A stretch of 49,113 nt of DNA. Source: Octopus bimaculoides (Eukaryota). Made by a program: the position numbers and the translations under genes. This document shows, piece by piece, positions 38,013 to 49,113 of this stretch. How positions within the stretch are numbered: position 1 is the stretch's first letter; the number at the start of each line of letters is the position of its first letter. The notes beneath the pieces were generated by a model that saw only the letters and a list, made by a program, of their open reading frames with translations, had not been told where the DNA came from and ran no database searches. The stretch lies in assembly GCF_001194135.2 (NCBI RefSeq), contig NC_068991.1, positions 72,397,212 to 72,446,324 of the forward strand, read 5' to 3'.

Positions 38013-38540
38013 GCCACATCTGATTCCTCTTATGCCTAACTTTTCTCTCAAGATGCTTACACTCTGTTGAGCATGCACACTTACATTGCACATCCAGTGA
38101 AGCATACTGGCTTCATTTCTCTCAAGCCTACGCATGTCCTCGGCTGTCACAACCCATGTTTCACTGCCATGCAGCATGCTGTTTACACACAAGCATCATA
38201 CAAACTGCCTTTCACTCTGAAGGAGAGGCCCTTTGTTGCTAGCAGGGGTAGGAGCTCTCTGAACTTTGCCCAACCTAATCTTATTCTCACAGCTATGCTC
38301 TTGAAGCATCCCCCTCCACTACTCACTTGGTCACCTAGATAACAGAAGCTATCTACTACCTTTAGCTTGCCCCACTGGCAGTTGATGGAGTCTATTTTCT
38401 GCATGTGTTCAGCATTTTTTATGCCTGTGCACTTTCCACATACAAAAGTTAGTTTCTCTGTTAACCTTCCTTTGATGTTGCTGCACCTTTTGTGCATCCA
38501 AAGCTCACACTGGGTGCGTCTTATGGAGTTTCTACCTATA
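38013..38540 (-). mobile_element. RTE-clade LINE fragment with Cys/His finger, RT thumb and C-terminal region
   Basis: GRNSIRRTQCELWMHKRCSNIKGRLTEKLTFVCGKC...VVDSFCYLGDQVSSGGGC...WAKFRELLPLL...YDACV*, then a 1-nt frameshift into MLHGSETW. The TAA at 38183-85 is CGA in the 27752 copy. Confidence 0.88.
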
Positions 38541-39244
38541 TATATGTTAGTGATCTGTACATTAACTAAATATAAAAAAATATGTGAAGTGAATAAAATG
38601 CTTAATGCTTTCTTTTTAATGATTAATCAGAAGGAAGGGTTGTGTTACTGCCCTTTTCAATGGCTCTCAAGATAGGCAGGAGGGAGAAAGGAAGAAATTC
38701 TCAAACTGGAGACTGGGCCCAAATGCTTGCAATAGAGTGGACCCTCCTGCTGCTAAAGTCACTCAAAATACCTAGTGGTGATGTTAAACCAGGTGGCAGA
38801 ATAAGTCTTTCTATTACCCAAGTAGGCCCTAGCAAGGTTTGAACTCAGAATAAGTACCACCAGGCATTTTGTCCAATGCTGCAGCAGTTCTGCTAATTTG
38901 CTGTCTTGGAAATGTGTCTTCTGTCCATACTTAGCCACAGATTGACCAATACTTTGAGCGAAACTTCATTGACCTCTACTCACCTCACACCTTGATAGTC
39001 CACTTTGACATCTCATCACCACCACTGACTGTTATTACTCTCTAACTTCACCACTGTCACTCCCACCCGCTCTTCTCTAGTATGAATAACTGTATATCTC
39101 CTCTACTGCAAGACACCTGTTCTCGCCTCCTCTCTCATACTTTAACCTCTCATCTTGAAATATGTTTACCCACCTTGAAATATGTTTGCGACTAGAATTA
39201 TGTATTCTGTTTGATATTTCAATAGAACCTTAAAGACCCTTTAA

Positions 39245-39442
<198 letters not shown>

Positions 39443-41361
39443 TAAGTTTTAGTTTTTGGTTTATTCTTTCATTCTTTTCAGCCATTGGACTGTGGTCATA
39501 CTCGAGCACCAACTTAACGAGTTTTTGTTCACTCCTATTGGCTACAGTCCATATTTTTTTCATCTGATATCAAATTTCTATTCACTGGCTAAGTTATCAA
39601 TTTGACAAAGAAATGCAGCATAAATAGTATAAATAGGTATGAATGGACGGAAACACACACACACACACACTCACACATACATTGTTGTGTCTTGGGAGGG
39701 TCATTATGCCAATAGTAATAACACCCACACAGGTTCACTACCACTTCTTTATTGTTAGTCAACTTATTAAATTTCTAACCAGCTAATTGATCATTTATTT
39801 AATGAGCTGGTTAAATAATCAGTTGGTTTGTTTGTCCATCAAAGTTCCTTCATTGCTGTTCACAACCTTTTTAGTGCTCCCAAACTTGCTCCAAGATCTC
39901 CCAATTTTACCCAAGATCTGCCTCTCCCAAGACACATCAAAATTTCCTTCAACACATGATTTTTCACATCAAGAATCTTGTAAACCAAATATATCATCAT
40001 CATTTAATATCTGCGTTCCATGCTAGCATGGGTGGGACATATATAAATACCACAGGACCTCTCAAAATCTAAAATCCATTAATTATCATCTTAGCCTGAT
40101 AAGTCAATCAAGCAATATGAATATATGTAATTACCACAAACCATGAACCCAAAAATCATGTTCAACTTTATGAAAATGAAGGGAAACCCAGAATAACAAA
40201 ACTCAAAAATATAAAAGATTCACAAACAAGCATATCAAATATACATTCTCTTCATCAGCTGCCTAATGGATATCACTATTGTTTTGACACCTGGACAGTA
40301 CCATTCAGTCTTGCAGGTGTCGACAGTGTTAAAAAATATAAATGCTGTTTGGGAAACAACAGATGTGTTGACCCCCAAAGAGATGCAAGGCAAAGTTGCC
40401 CTCAGCAGGATGGAACACCAGTCTGTCACAAGATTAACTCATTTTTGCCAGCTGAGTGGAGGAGAGCAATGAGAAATGAAGTGTTTTGCTTCAGAACACA
40501 ACACATTGCCTGGTTAAAATATTAACCTAAAGTTAGCACCTACGCACACATACATACACTACAGGTTTCCATATAGTTTCTATCTACCAAATTTATTTAC
40601 AAGGCATTGATCGGTCCAGGGGCTAAAGTAGAAAACACTTGTCCAAGCTGCTGCATAGTGGGACTGAACCTGAAACCGCATGGTTGCAAAGCAAGCTTCT
40701 TAACCACACAGCCATGTATGTGCCTGGCTCTGTTTATAATGAATATATAAAAAGATGCAAAGTAATGTCTGCATTGAAGCCAGGCTATGTCTTCCAGTGC
40801 ATACAGCAATTTATTTAAACAACAATCCAATAAATTTTAAAATATTTCTTTTTCTGTTCAATATTATTTCATCAATTCCTGCCAGCATACTTTATTTTAT
40901 TTCATTTTTTTTTACAATTCCAATTTCCTTTAGGTTAAAATATTCAAATTACACATTGCTAAATTCTTTGGTGCACTTAATTTTAAAGTTAGTTAGTTTG
41001 TGCTTAATAAATCATTTAATTACTTCTGTATCCAAGAAGACTTAAATGAAACCAAAATAATTCCACTGTTTTAAATATATTTAACTCGCTTCTTCTACCA
41101 GATATGTTTTCTTTAAAAATAAAATAAAATAGATCTTTTAATATTGGCATAATCTGTAGATTAGCAGACAAAATATCTATCGGCATTTATTTACATCTTT
41201 TATGCTTTGGGTCCAAAATCTTATCTGGCTTGACTTAGGCTTTCATTCACTCACATTTGGTAAAATATGTATTGCTCATATACTGGCGTTTCATTTAACT
41301 GATTGTACTTATTTTTCGGTCAAATATTGTTTGTGTGTATGGCAGAACCAGTATTATCATC

Positions 41362-41565
41362 ATCATCATCATCGTTTAACGTCCGCCTTCCATGCTAGCA
41401 TGGGTTGGACGATTTGACTGAGGACTGGTGAAACCGGATGGCAACACCAGGCTCCAATCTAATTTGGCAGAGTTTCTACAGCTGGATGCCCTTCCTAACG
41501 CCAACCACTCAGAGAGTGTAGTGGGTGCTTTTACATGTCACCCGCACGAAAACGGCCACGCTCGT
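41362..41565 (-). mobile_element. Family D 3' end, near-identical to the 28332 copy
   Basis: About 4 differences over ~195 nt by manual comparison. Confidence 0.9.
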
Positions 41566-41744
41566 ATTATTTTTAAGAATTGGAAAGAATAATTCAGCAT
41601 TTTAATAACTGTTTCCGAATAAGGTGGTGAGGTTATATGATAAAACACTGTCCTGGATAACACATTCAACTGCTTCAAGTGGTGAGATTCCAGCTTGGGA
41701 TTCACTACTTTGGGGCAATATAGACTTACCTCATCAGTCATTGT

Positions 41745-42211
41745 GAAGGCATATGGCTCAGTGGTTAGAGTGTCAGGTTTTCAGTCATGAGGTTGTGAGT
41801 TCGATTCCCGGACCGGGCTTTGTGTTGTGTTCTTGAGCAAGACACTTTATTTCACGTTGTTCTACTTCACTCAGCTGTAGAAATGAATTGCGATGTTACT
41901 GATGCCAAGCTGTATCAGCCCCTTTGCCTTTCCCTTGGATAACATAAGTGGCATGGAGAGGGGAGATTGGTTTGCATGGGCAACTGCTGGTCTTCCATAA
42001 ACAACCTTGCCCAGACTTTTGGGTACTTTCTAGGTGCAATCCCATGGTCGTTCATGACTGAAGGGGATCTTTTATATGTCCAGGTTGTGTGTTGTGTTCT
42101 TGAGCAAGACACTTTATTTCACATTGCTCCAGTTCACTCAGCTGTAGAAATGAGTTGCAACATTACTGGTGCCAAGCTGTATTGGACTTAGCCTTTTCTC
42201 TTGGATAACAT
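41745..42211 (+). mobile_element. SINE family B full copy plus adjacent partial duplicate
   Basis: Head to tail Y at 41745-42075; CORE-like block repeated at 42080-42211 and truncated. Confidence 0.85.
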
Positions 42212-42750
42212 GGGTGTCATCCTTTCTGTTTTTCTCTCCCACCCTTTCCCTATTCTTCTCTCCCTTTCACTGTTCCCTCTCTCTCTCTCACTCTTCTTCC
42301 TTGAGTCTCTCGTCGCTGACACGTGACAAAAGGGGATCTCTCTTTGTGTCTACTTCCTCCCTAAAGAAAAGACGTGCCTTTTCCTGTCTCCTCATGGCTC
42401 GTCCACCTAGCGTTCGTTATTTTTCTATCGTCTTGGCTCAACAGCCCTCACCATTTGTTTTTACTGTCTTGTTCTCACTGTCCTGTTCTTGTTAACGCTT
42501 TCACCCTCCGCAAAAAATCCCAAATTTTATTTAATTTGCTTTGTGGGAAGGACTGTTTCAACGAAGTCGCGTATTGTCCTTGCCTTCGAAACGCGGAGTA
42601 GATGAAACAGGGACAACTGAAGAAGGGGTATACTCTTCATGTTGCATGTCTCGTTTCTCTGTTTGTTTTTTTCGTTGTTCGAAAAAAAGTTCGTTTTCTA
42701 TGTTTTCGTTTCTCATTGTGTTTAACGTTTTTGTGATGTCCTGTACCCAT
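42212..42750 (+). mobile_element. CpG-rich non-coding element carrying the rearranged hammerhead (putative Penelope-like derivative)
   Basis: Abrupt start after a truncated SINE, many CpGs versus the depleted background, T-rich end running into TA/TG microsatellite. Family assignment is inference from the hammerhead association. Confidence 0.45.
42567..42628 (+). ncRNA. Candidate hammerhead ribozyme with rearranged (non-circular) block order
   Basis: Core CUGAAGA 42617-23 (+extra A) and GAAA 42588-91; triplet GUA 42571-73. Helix I UUGUCC/GGACAA (extends to 9 bp with one GU); helix III ACGCG/CGCGU; helix II GGGG/CUUC (two GU). Paired by eye, untested. Confidence 0.6.
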
Positions 42751-43138
42751 ATATGCATGTATGTATACGTATAGATGTAGGTATGTACATCTATGTATGG
42801 ATATATGCATATATTTATATATTATTTATATTATATACACACACACACATACGTGCACACACACGCAAGTGTGTGTGTATGTATGTGTGCATGTATATTG
42901 TACACTGGACAAAATGCTTCTGTGCATCTTGTCTGTTGTTATGTTTTTATTACTGGCTGTACACCGATATGGGTGCATCTTTCAGGCTGAAATGCATAAA
43001 AGAAATGAAAGAAAACCTTTAAAATGGATATTAAAATCTGTTTAAAACGCAATATAAATATTCAAAGTTAAAAAAAAAAGAGAATTCTTTTGTTCTTCAG
43101 GTTTAGAAATGAATTAGACATTTATTTATAACAGACAA

Positions 43139-43169
<31 letters not shown>

Positions 43170-44124
43170 TATANNNNNNNNNNNNNNNNNNNNNNNNNNN
43201 NNNNNNNNNNNNNNNNNNNNNNNNNNNNNNNNNNNNNNNNNNNNNNNNNNNNNNNNNNNNNNNNNNNNNNNNNNNNNNNNNNNNNNNNNNNNNNNNNNNN
43301 NNNNNNNNNNNNNNNNNNNNNNNNNNNNNNNNNNNNNNNNNNNNNNNNNNNNNNNNNNNNNNNNNNNNNNNNNNNNNNNNNNNNNNNNNNNNNNNNNNNN
43401 NNNNNNNNNNNNNNNNNNNNNNNNNNNNNNNNNNNNNNNNNNNNNNNNNNNNNNNNNNNNNNNNNNNNNNNNNNNNNNNNNNNNNNNNNNNNNNNNNNNN
43501 NNNNNNNNNNNNNNNNNNNNNNNNNNNNNNNNNNNNNNNNNNNNNNNNNNNNNNNNNNNNNNNNNNNNNNNNNNNNNNNNNNNNNNNNNNNNNNNNNNNN
43601 NNNNNNNNNNNNNNNNNNNNNNNNNNNNNNNNNNNNNNNNNNNNNNNNNNNNNNNNNNNNNNNNNNNNNNNNNNNNNNNNNNNNNNNNNNNNNNNNNNNN
43701 NNNNNNNNNNNNNNNNNNNNNNNNNNNNNNNNNNNNNNNNNNNNNNNNNNNNNNNNNNNNNNNNNNNNNNNNNNNNNNNNNNNNNNNNNNNNNNNNNNNN
43801 NNNNNNNNNNNNNNNNNNNNNNNGCTTTATCTTCTAAAACCCCAGAAGGATGAAAGTTTTTAAAGGAGGTGTTTTGGTTAATACCATTGGGCCCTAGTTA
43901 TTTATCTTCTAAAACGCCAAAAGGATGAAAGGCAAAGTTGAAGTCAACAGGATTTGAATTTAAAATGTATAAAGCCAGAAGAAATACCACCGGTCCCCAA
44001 TATATGACTGGTACCTTGTTTTATTGGCTCCAAAGGTATAAAATGCAAAATAGAATGTATAGAGCCAAAAGAAATAACATTAGGCAATTTGTCCAGTGCT
44101 CTAATGATTCTGCTAATTTATCTT

Positions 44125-44430
44125 ATCATCATCATCATCATTTAACATCTGTTGTCCATGCTGGCATGGGTTGGACGGTTTAGCCAGAGTTGGTGGCAGG
44201 CTGGAGAGCTGTACCACCAAGTTCCAATCTGACTTGTCCTGGATTCTACACCTCGATGCCCTTCCTAACGCCAACCACTTTACAGAGTGTGCTGGGTGCA
44301 TTTTACATGGCACCGGCACAGGACTCTTGCAGACCAATCCTTTTCACCATGGGGGGGGAACCGGCCTTAACACTTCTGCTGTGGAGAACAGGTCTTCTTG
44401 AGTACAGCAAAGCGCCAGGTACCTTGGTCC
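44125..44430 (-). mobile_element. Family D element retaining an RTE-like ORF terminus
   Basis: Minus strand DQGTWRFAVLKKTCS (44429-44386) upstream of the D UTR and (GAT)n tail. Confidence 0.75.
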
Positions 44431-44746
44431 TTTGTAATCTCATCTAGGCAATTATAATAACAGACATTTATTGCAGAAGGTTTTTCTCCTGTGGAATTTC
44501 TATATGTGAGTAAAAGGATGAATTAGCTGAGTTGTTAGAGTGTCAAATACAATGCATTGCAAAATTTATTCCAACCCCTTGTATTCTGAGTTCAAATCCC
44601 ACTGGAGTCATCTTTGCGTTTTATCCAGACAGACATTAAACAAAATAACAAGCAAATGTATAATTACGGTGATAGCGATCTATTTATTTGTTTATTTACT
44701 TATGTCATTCATTAAGGATTTAAAATTGTTCCTTTATCTTTTTCAG

Positions 44747-44863
44747 TCACAGAGATTTAAAACCAGAAAATTTGCTTTTAGATGAAAAGAATAATATTAG
44801 AGTCGCAGATTTCGGAATGGCATCGTTACAAGTTGAAGGGTCAATGCTGGAAACAAGCTGTGG
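44747..44863 (+). CDS. BRSK1/2: BRSK/SAD kinase exon: [38 protein letters not shown](G)
   Basis: tttcag acceptor, 117 nt, gtaaga donor. Split codon TG|T = Cys. Contains HRD, DFG and the T-loop Thr (codon 44853-44855, the LKB1 site in this family) with the T+2 Cys. Confidence 0.97.
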
Positions 44864-45106
44864 GTAAGAAGTTCTTCCAACTGTTACTATTTAAAGAATT
44901 CAAAAAAATTTTTCCCATGTGTTCTCTCTCTCTCTTTTTTTTTTGTCTTGTTTTGTTTTCTATAAATCTTTCTATAAATTTTCGAATAGTAACAATTGTT
45001 ACTTTTGAAAAGTAAAACTTGAATAGTTCAAGAAATTTTTTACCACTATTTATAATATTCTTCAAGTTACAGGAATGAATCAAGATATGGTTTACAAAGC
45101 AAAAAG

Positions 45107-45149
<43 letters not shown>

Positions 45150-45489
45150 NNNNNNNNNNNNNNNNNNNNNNNNNNNNNNNNNNNNNNNNNNNNNNNNNNN
45201 NNNNNNNNNNNNNNNNNNNNNNNNNNNNNNNNNNNNNNNNNNNNNNNNNNNNNNNNNNNNNNNNNNNNNNNNNNNNNNNNNNNNNNNNNNNNNNNNNNNN
45301 NNNNNNNNNNNNNNNNNNNNNNNNNNNNNNNNNNNNNNNNNNNNNNNNNNNNNNNNNNNNNNNNNNNNNNNNNNNNNNNNNNNNNNNNNNNNNNNNNNNN
45401 NNNNNNNNNNNNNNNNNNNNNNNNNNNNNNNNNNNNNNNNNNNNNNNNNNNNNNNNNNNNNNNNNNNNNNNNNNNNNNNNNNNNNNNNN

Positions 45490-45532
<43 letters not shown>

Positions 45533-46049
45533 ACACACTCAAATGAAGACTGAAACACGTGACCATATACACACACACAAACACATGAATATGCAGAATA
45601 CATAAATACAAACATGCACACATACATACATATATACATATGCACACACATGCATACACACACATGCATACACACACATGCATGCATACATACATACATA
45701 TATACATACATATATGCATACATACATACATGTGTATGTGCACACAAACTGACCCACACACATGTGCACAAACAAACAATGGATTGCAGCTCAGATAATG
45801 GACAGAGTCAATGACTATTGAAAAGGTTGCAAGATGCAATGAAATTTTAGAAAAAAAAAATAATAAATGAGTGGAACCTTTACCAGTGAGTGTGTTTAGT
45901 AATAAGGCCCCCTCCCCCAAAATTTCAGACCTTGTGCCTAGAGTAGCAAAGAATATGTAATTACTTAAGGGAACAAACTTTAGCCTTTTGCTATAGATGA
46001 ATCTGAAAATTCTCTTGATCTCAACTAGTAACTGAATTTAGTAACTTAA

Positions 46050-46268
46050 CCCTTTCGTTACCAACATGGCTGAAACCGTTTCTGGGTCTGAGTACAAATG
46101 TTTTGTTTTCACAGTTTTGAATTAAAATCTTCCACCAAACCTTAGTCACAATTTATGTTCCTAACACTAGCTTAATCATAACTAAGTTATTTCACTAAAT
46201 TCTTTGTTATATTTAAAGTAATTGAAAGAAACCCAGAGCATCTCAAAATAAATATGGTAACAAAAGGG
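46050..46268. mobile_element. piggyBac-type MITE copy 1
   Basis: TTAA on both sides; TIR ccctttcgttacc / ggtaacaaaaggg. Confidence 0.9.
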
Positions 46269-46420
46269 TTAAGAAGAAAAATAATCAGCAGAAGACATAA
46301 GAGAAGGAAACCTCAGTGTGGTCACTCTATATGCTAGAAATAATAGCCTAAATTTCCTTCAATCTATACCCTTCCAACTGCTTCTAATGTGCATCTGCCC
46401 AAATGTAGAGCTGTGTGAAA

Positions 46421-46643
46421 CCCTTTCGATACAAACCCAGTTAAAACTGCCTCTGGGCTCTGTAGTACAAATGTCTTGTTTGCAAAAGTTCTGAATTAAA
46501 ATCTTCCACCAAACCTTAGTCACAATTTATGTTCCTAACATTAGCTTAATGATAACTGAGTTATTTTACTAAATTCTTTGTTATATTTGAAATTAATTGA
46601 AAGAAACACAGAGCATCTCAACAGAAATACAGTAATGAAAGGG
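46421..46643. mobile_element. piggyBac-type MITE copy 2
   Basis: Same orientation and internal sequence as copy 1; right TTAA intact, left flank gaaa. Confidence 0.85.
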
Positions 46644-47607
46644 TTAAGCCACATCAAAAACATTGTCAAACAGACACAGCTCACTCATCTTGTTTTGTAG
46701 CTATTAGCTGTGCAATGAACTGTTATGCTAACTGCACCACCTGCCCAAGAACCAAATTGTGGGTTTCTTTACCAGTGCTTCCCAACCTGTAGGTTACAGT
46801 ATAATTCTAGAAGCCACAGCACAAAACTTCTATTGCAAACACTGAAGTGGATGGTAGCAGATTGCTTTTTGGTGCTATTTTAATCTACAAGTACTTTTGT
46901 GGAACCTGACCTTAATTTGCAAATTTATAGTTAGAGTTAGCTAACAGTTGAGTCCATGATGCTGACGGTTGGGGTGAGAGAAATAAGATTCTGTTATCAC
47001 CATAAAATACTGCATGTATAGTATGTTGATTTCTTAATGGTCGTACTGATGTAAACGATAAAATGATATCATGTGACATTCTATTTGGGAGGTCACATGT
47101 TTTTCTTCTTTTTTTCATTTCTTTTTTTTTTTGGAAAACCATTTTTAGTGAAGCTGCTTAAATGTTTGTGTGAGATAAAGTGAGTAATGTTAAATGTTGC
47201 CGTCATTTAATAGCTGGAAGAATTGAGTTGGAGAAAGGGACAGACGGAATTTGGGGAAGCCAAGGATGTGCTTTTCTTGATATTTTGACAGTATGCATTA
47301 TTGAGTGATGAGTCAGTAAAGATTTCTAAGTGATTTGAGGTGGACCATTTTATTTAGTTACCTTAATCTATACATTTAAGCAGTACTTACTCCAAAAATA
47401 GCTCAAGATGTTTGTGAGTGCTGTTATTAGCTGGAACTGGGAGATATTTTTAGTTTGTCTACAACTTGTTATTACATCCTTGTGGCTTTTAGGTGTATGT
47501 TTCTTTAATTGCCTGTCTGTTGTCTTTTGGAACAAAGTCTGCTACATTTTGATTTAAAGGAATGGAAGATGTGTTTTCTGATATTTTTTGTTTCCTTACT
47601 GTTTGAT

Positions 47608-47937
47608 AAAGGAGCACTCTGTCGATTACGACGATGAGGGTCCCAGCTGATACAATCAACAGAATAGCTTGCTTGTGAAATTAACGTGCAAGTGGCTGAG
47701 CACTCCACAGACATGTGTACCCCTAACGTAATTCTCAGGGAGATTCAGTGTGACACAGAGTGTGACAAGGCCGGCCCTTTGAAATACAGGTGCTACTCAT
47801 TTTTGCCAGCTGAGTGGACTGGAACAATGTGAAATAAAGTGTCTTGCTCAAGGACACAACGCGTCGCTGGGAATTGAACTCACGACCTTACAATTGTGAG
47901 TCAAATGCCCTAACCACTAAACCACACGCCTTCACAT
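47608..47937 (-). mobile_element. SINE with family B head/CORE and the tail of the 16844 SINE
   Basis: 8-bp TSD tgtttgat at 47600-07 and 47938-45; module matches read directly. Confidence 0.88.
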
Positions 47938-48189
47938 TGTTTGATTAGTGTAAGCTCATTAATACATTTATATTCATCAACCTTCTTCCCGATTGTATTT
48001 TTAATGAAATACAGTTTGTGTTTTGATTAATTTTGAATCTAATTAATGAAGACTTTGAGGGATTTAATAAAACAAACATTATTAAGCTAATGCCACACAC
48101 ACATATATATATATTTATATGTATGTAAGTAGGTATGTATGTTTGGGGATAAGGTTGTGCATGTGCTTGTGTGTACCCTTATTCTGACA

Positions 48190-48670
48190 TCACATGATGG
48201 TTGTAAACGAGCATCCCTGTCATACAAGTGAGGTTGTTTATTTCTGGTCTTTTATGGGAAAACATGTCTGGTCACAGAAAATATTACCTTGCTCAGAGAC
48301 AGGTAAGGGTTGGAAACAGGAAGGGCATCTAGCCATAGAAAATCTACTTCGACAAATTCTTGCCAACCCATGTATATATGGAGAAATACCCCCCCCCCCC
48401 CTGGACTGGCTCTTGTGCGGGTGGCACATAAAATACACCATTTTGAGCGTGGCCGTTGCCAGTACCGCCTGACTGGCCTTCGTGCCGGTGGCACGTAAAA
48501 GCACCCACTACACTCTCTGGGTGGTTGGCATTAGGAAGGGCATCCAGCTGTAGAAATCTTGCCAGATCAGATTGGAGCCTAGTGCAGCCATCTGGCTCAC
48601 CAGTTCCCAGTCAAATCGTCCAACCCATGCTAGCATGGAAAGCGGACGTTAAATGACGATGATGATGAAG
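48190..48670 (+). mobile_element. Tail E fragment followed by a family D element with (GAT)n tail
   Basis: Two successive aggaagggcatc blocks (48317 and 48533 regions). Confidence 0.75.
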
Positions 48671-49045
48671 CGTTAGATTATGATGACGATGATGATGGCG
48701 ATGATGATGTTTGGAACATAACTGGCAAAGAGGTTCCTGTATATAATTATCTTAAAGGATTTGAATTAAAATATGGAAATTTTAAAAGGTGGTGGATGGT
48801 GGTGGTGGAGGATGGTTGCGCTGTAGAAGTTGAAGCAGACTTAAGTGCTTCTGTATCAAAAGGCTTAATATGTGTGTTAGGTTTCTTTCTTGTTGATCTA
48901 TGGATATTTTTTTTCTTTTGCTGTTTGTTATTATAAAATGGAAAGTGATGTGGGTGTTGTTGAAAATGCTGATAAAATACTGAGGCTGCTAATTGTTTCA
49001 TGTACAGAGAGATTTGCTGTTTGTTTTGTAATTTAGGGTCTCCCC

Positions 49046-49113
<68 letters not shown>

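Noticed and set aside
49037-49050. Possible acceptor followed by tct ccc (SP) for the next BRSK exon
   Set aside because: Wrong phase relative to the AG, and it does not encode HYACPEV; it runs into (CT)n.

Overview
AT-rich, microsatellite- and TE-saturated animal genomic DNA with nine N-gaps. The repeat families look like those of Octopus (inference). The only host gene visible is a + strand BRSK/SAD (AMPK-family, brain-specific) Ser/Thr kinase. Four kinase-domain exons (23849-23943, 34171-34256, 39301-39441, 44747-44863) splice in frame across 5-10 kb introns. The start exon and all downstream exons were not found. The rest is non-coding: several tRNA-headed SINE families built from interchangeable modules, decayed LINEs (RTE, CR1/L2-group, an RLE/HERO-like one), MITEs (mariner, piggyBac, hAT), minisatellites and simple repeats. 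Most ORFs in the supplied track are microsatellite or gap artefacts. The top observation is at 42567-42628. All core and helix elements of a hammerhead ribozyme are present on the gene's sense strand, but in a block order that no circular permutation (type I/II/III) can give, making it a candidate non-circularly permuted, pseudoknotted hammerhead. A second, degenerate minimal Penelope-type hammerhead lies at 11109-11144. All folds were paired by eye; no searches or folding programs were run.
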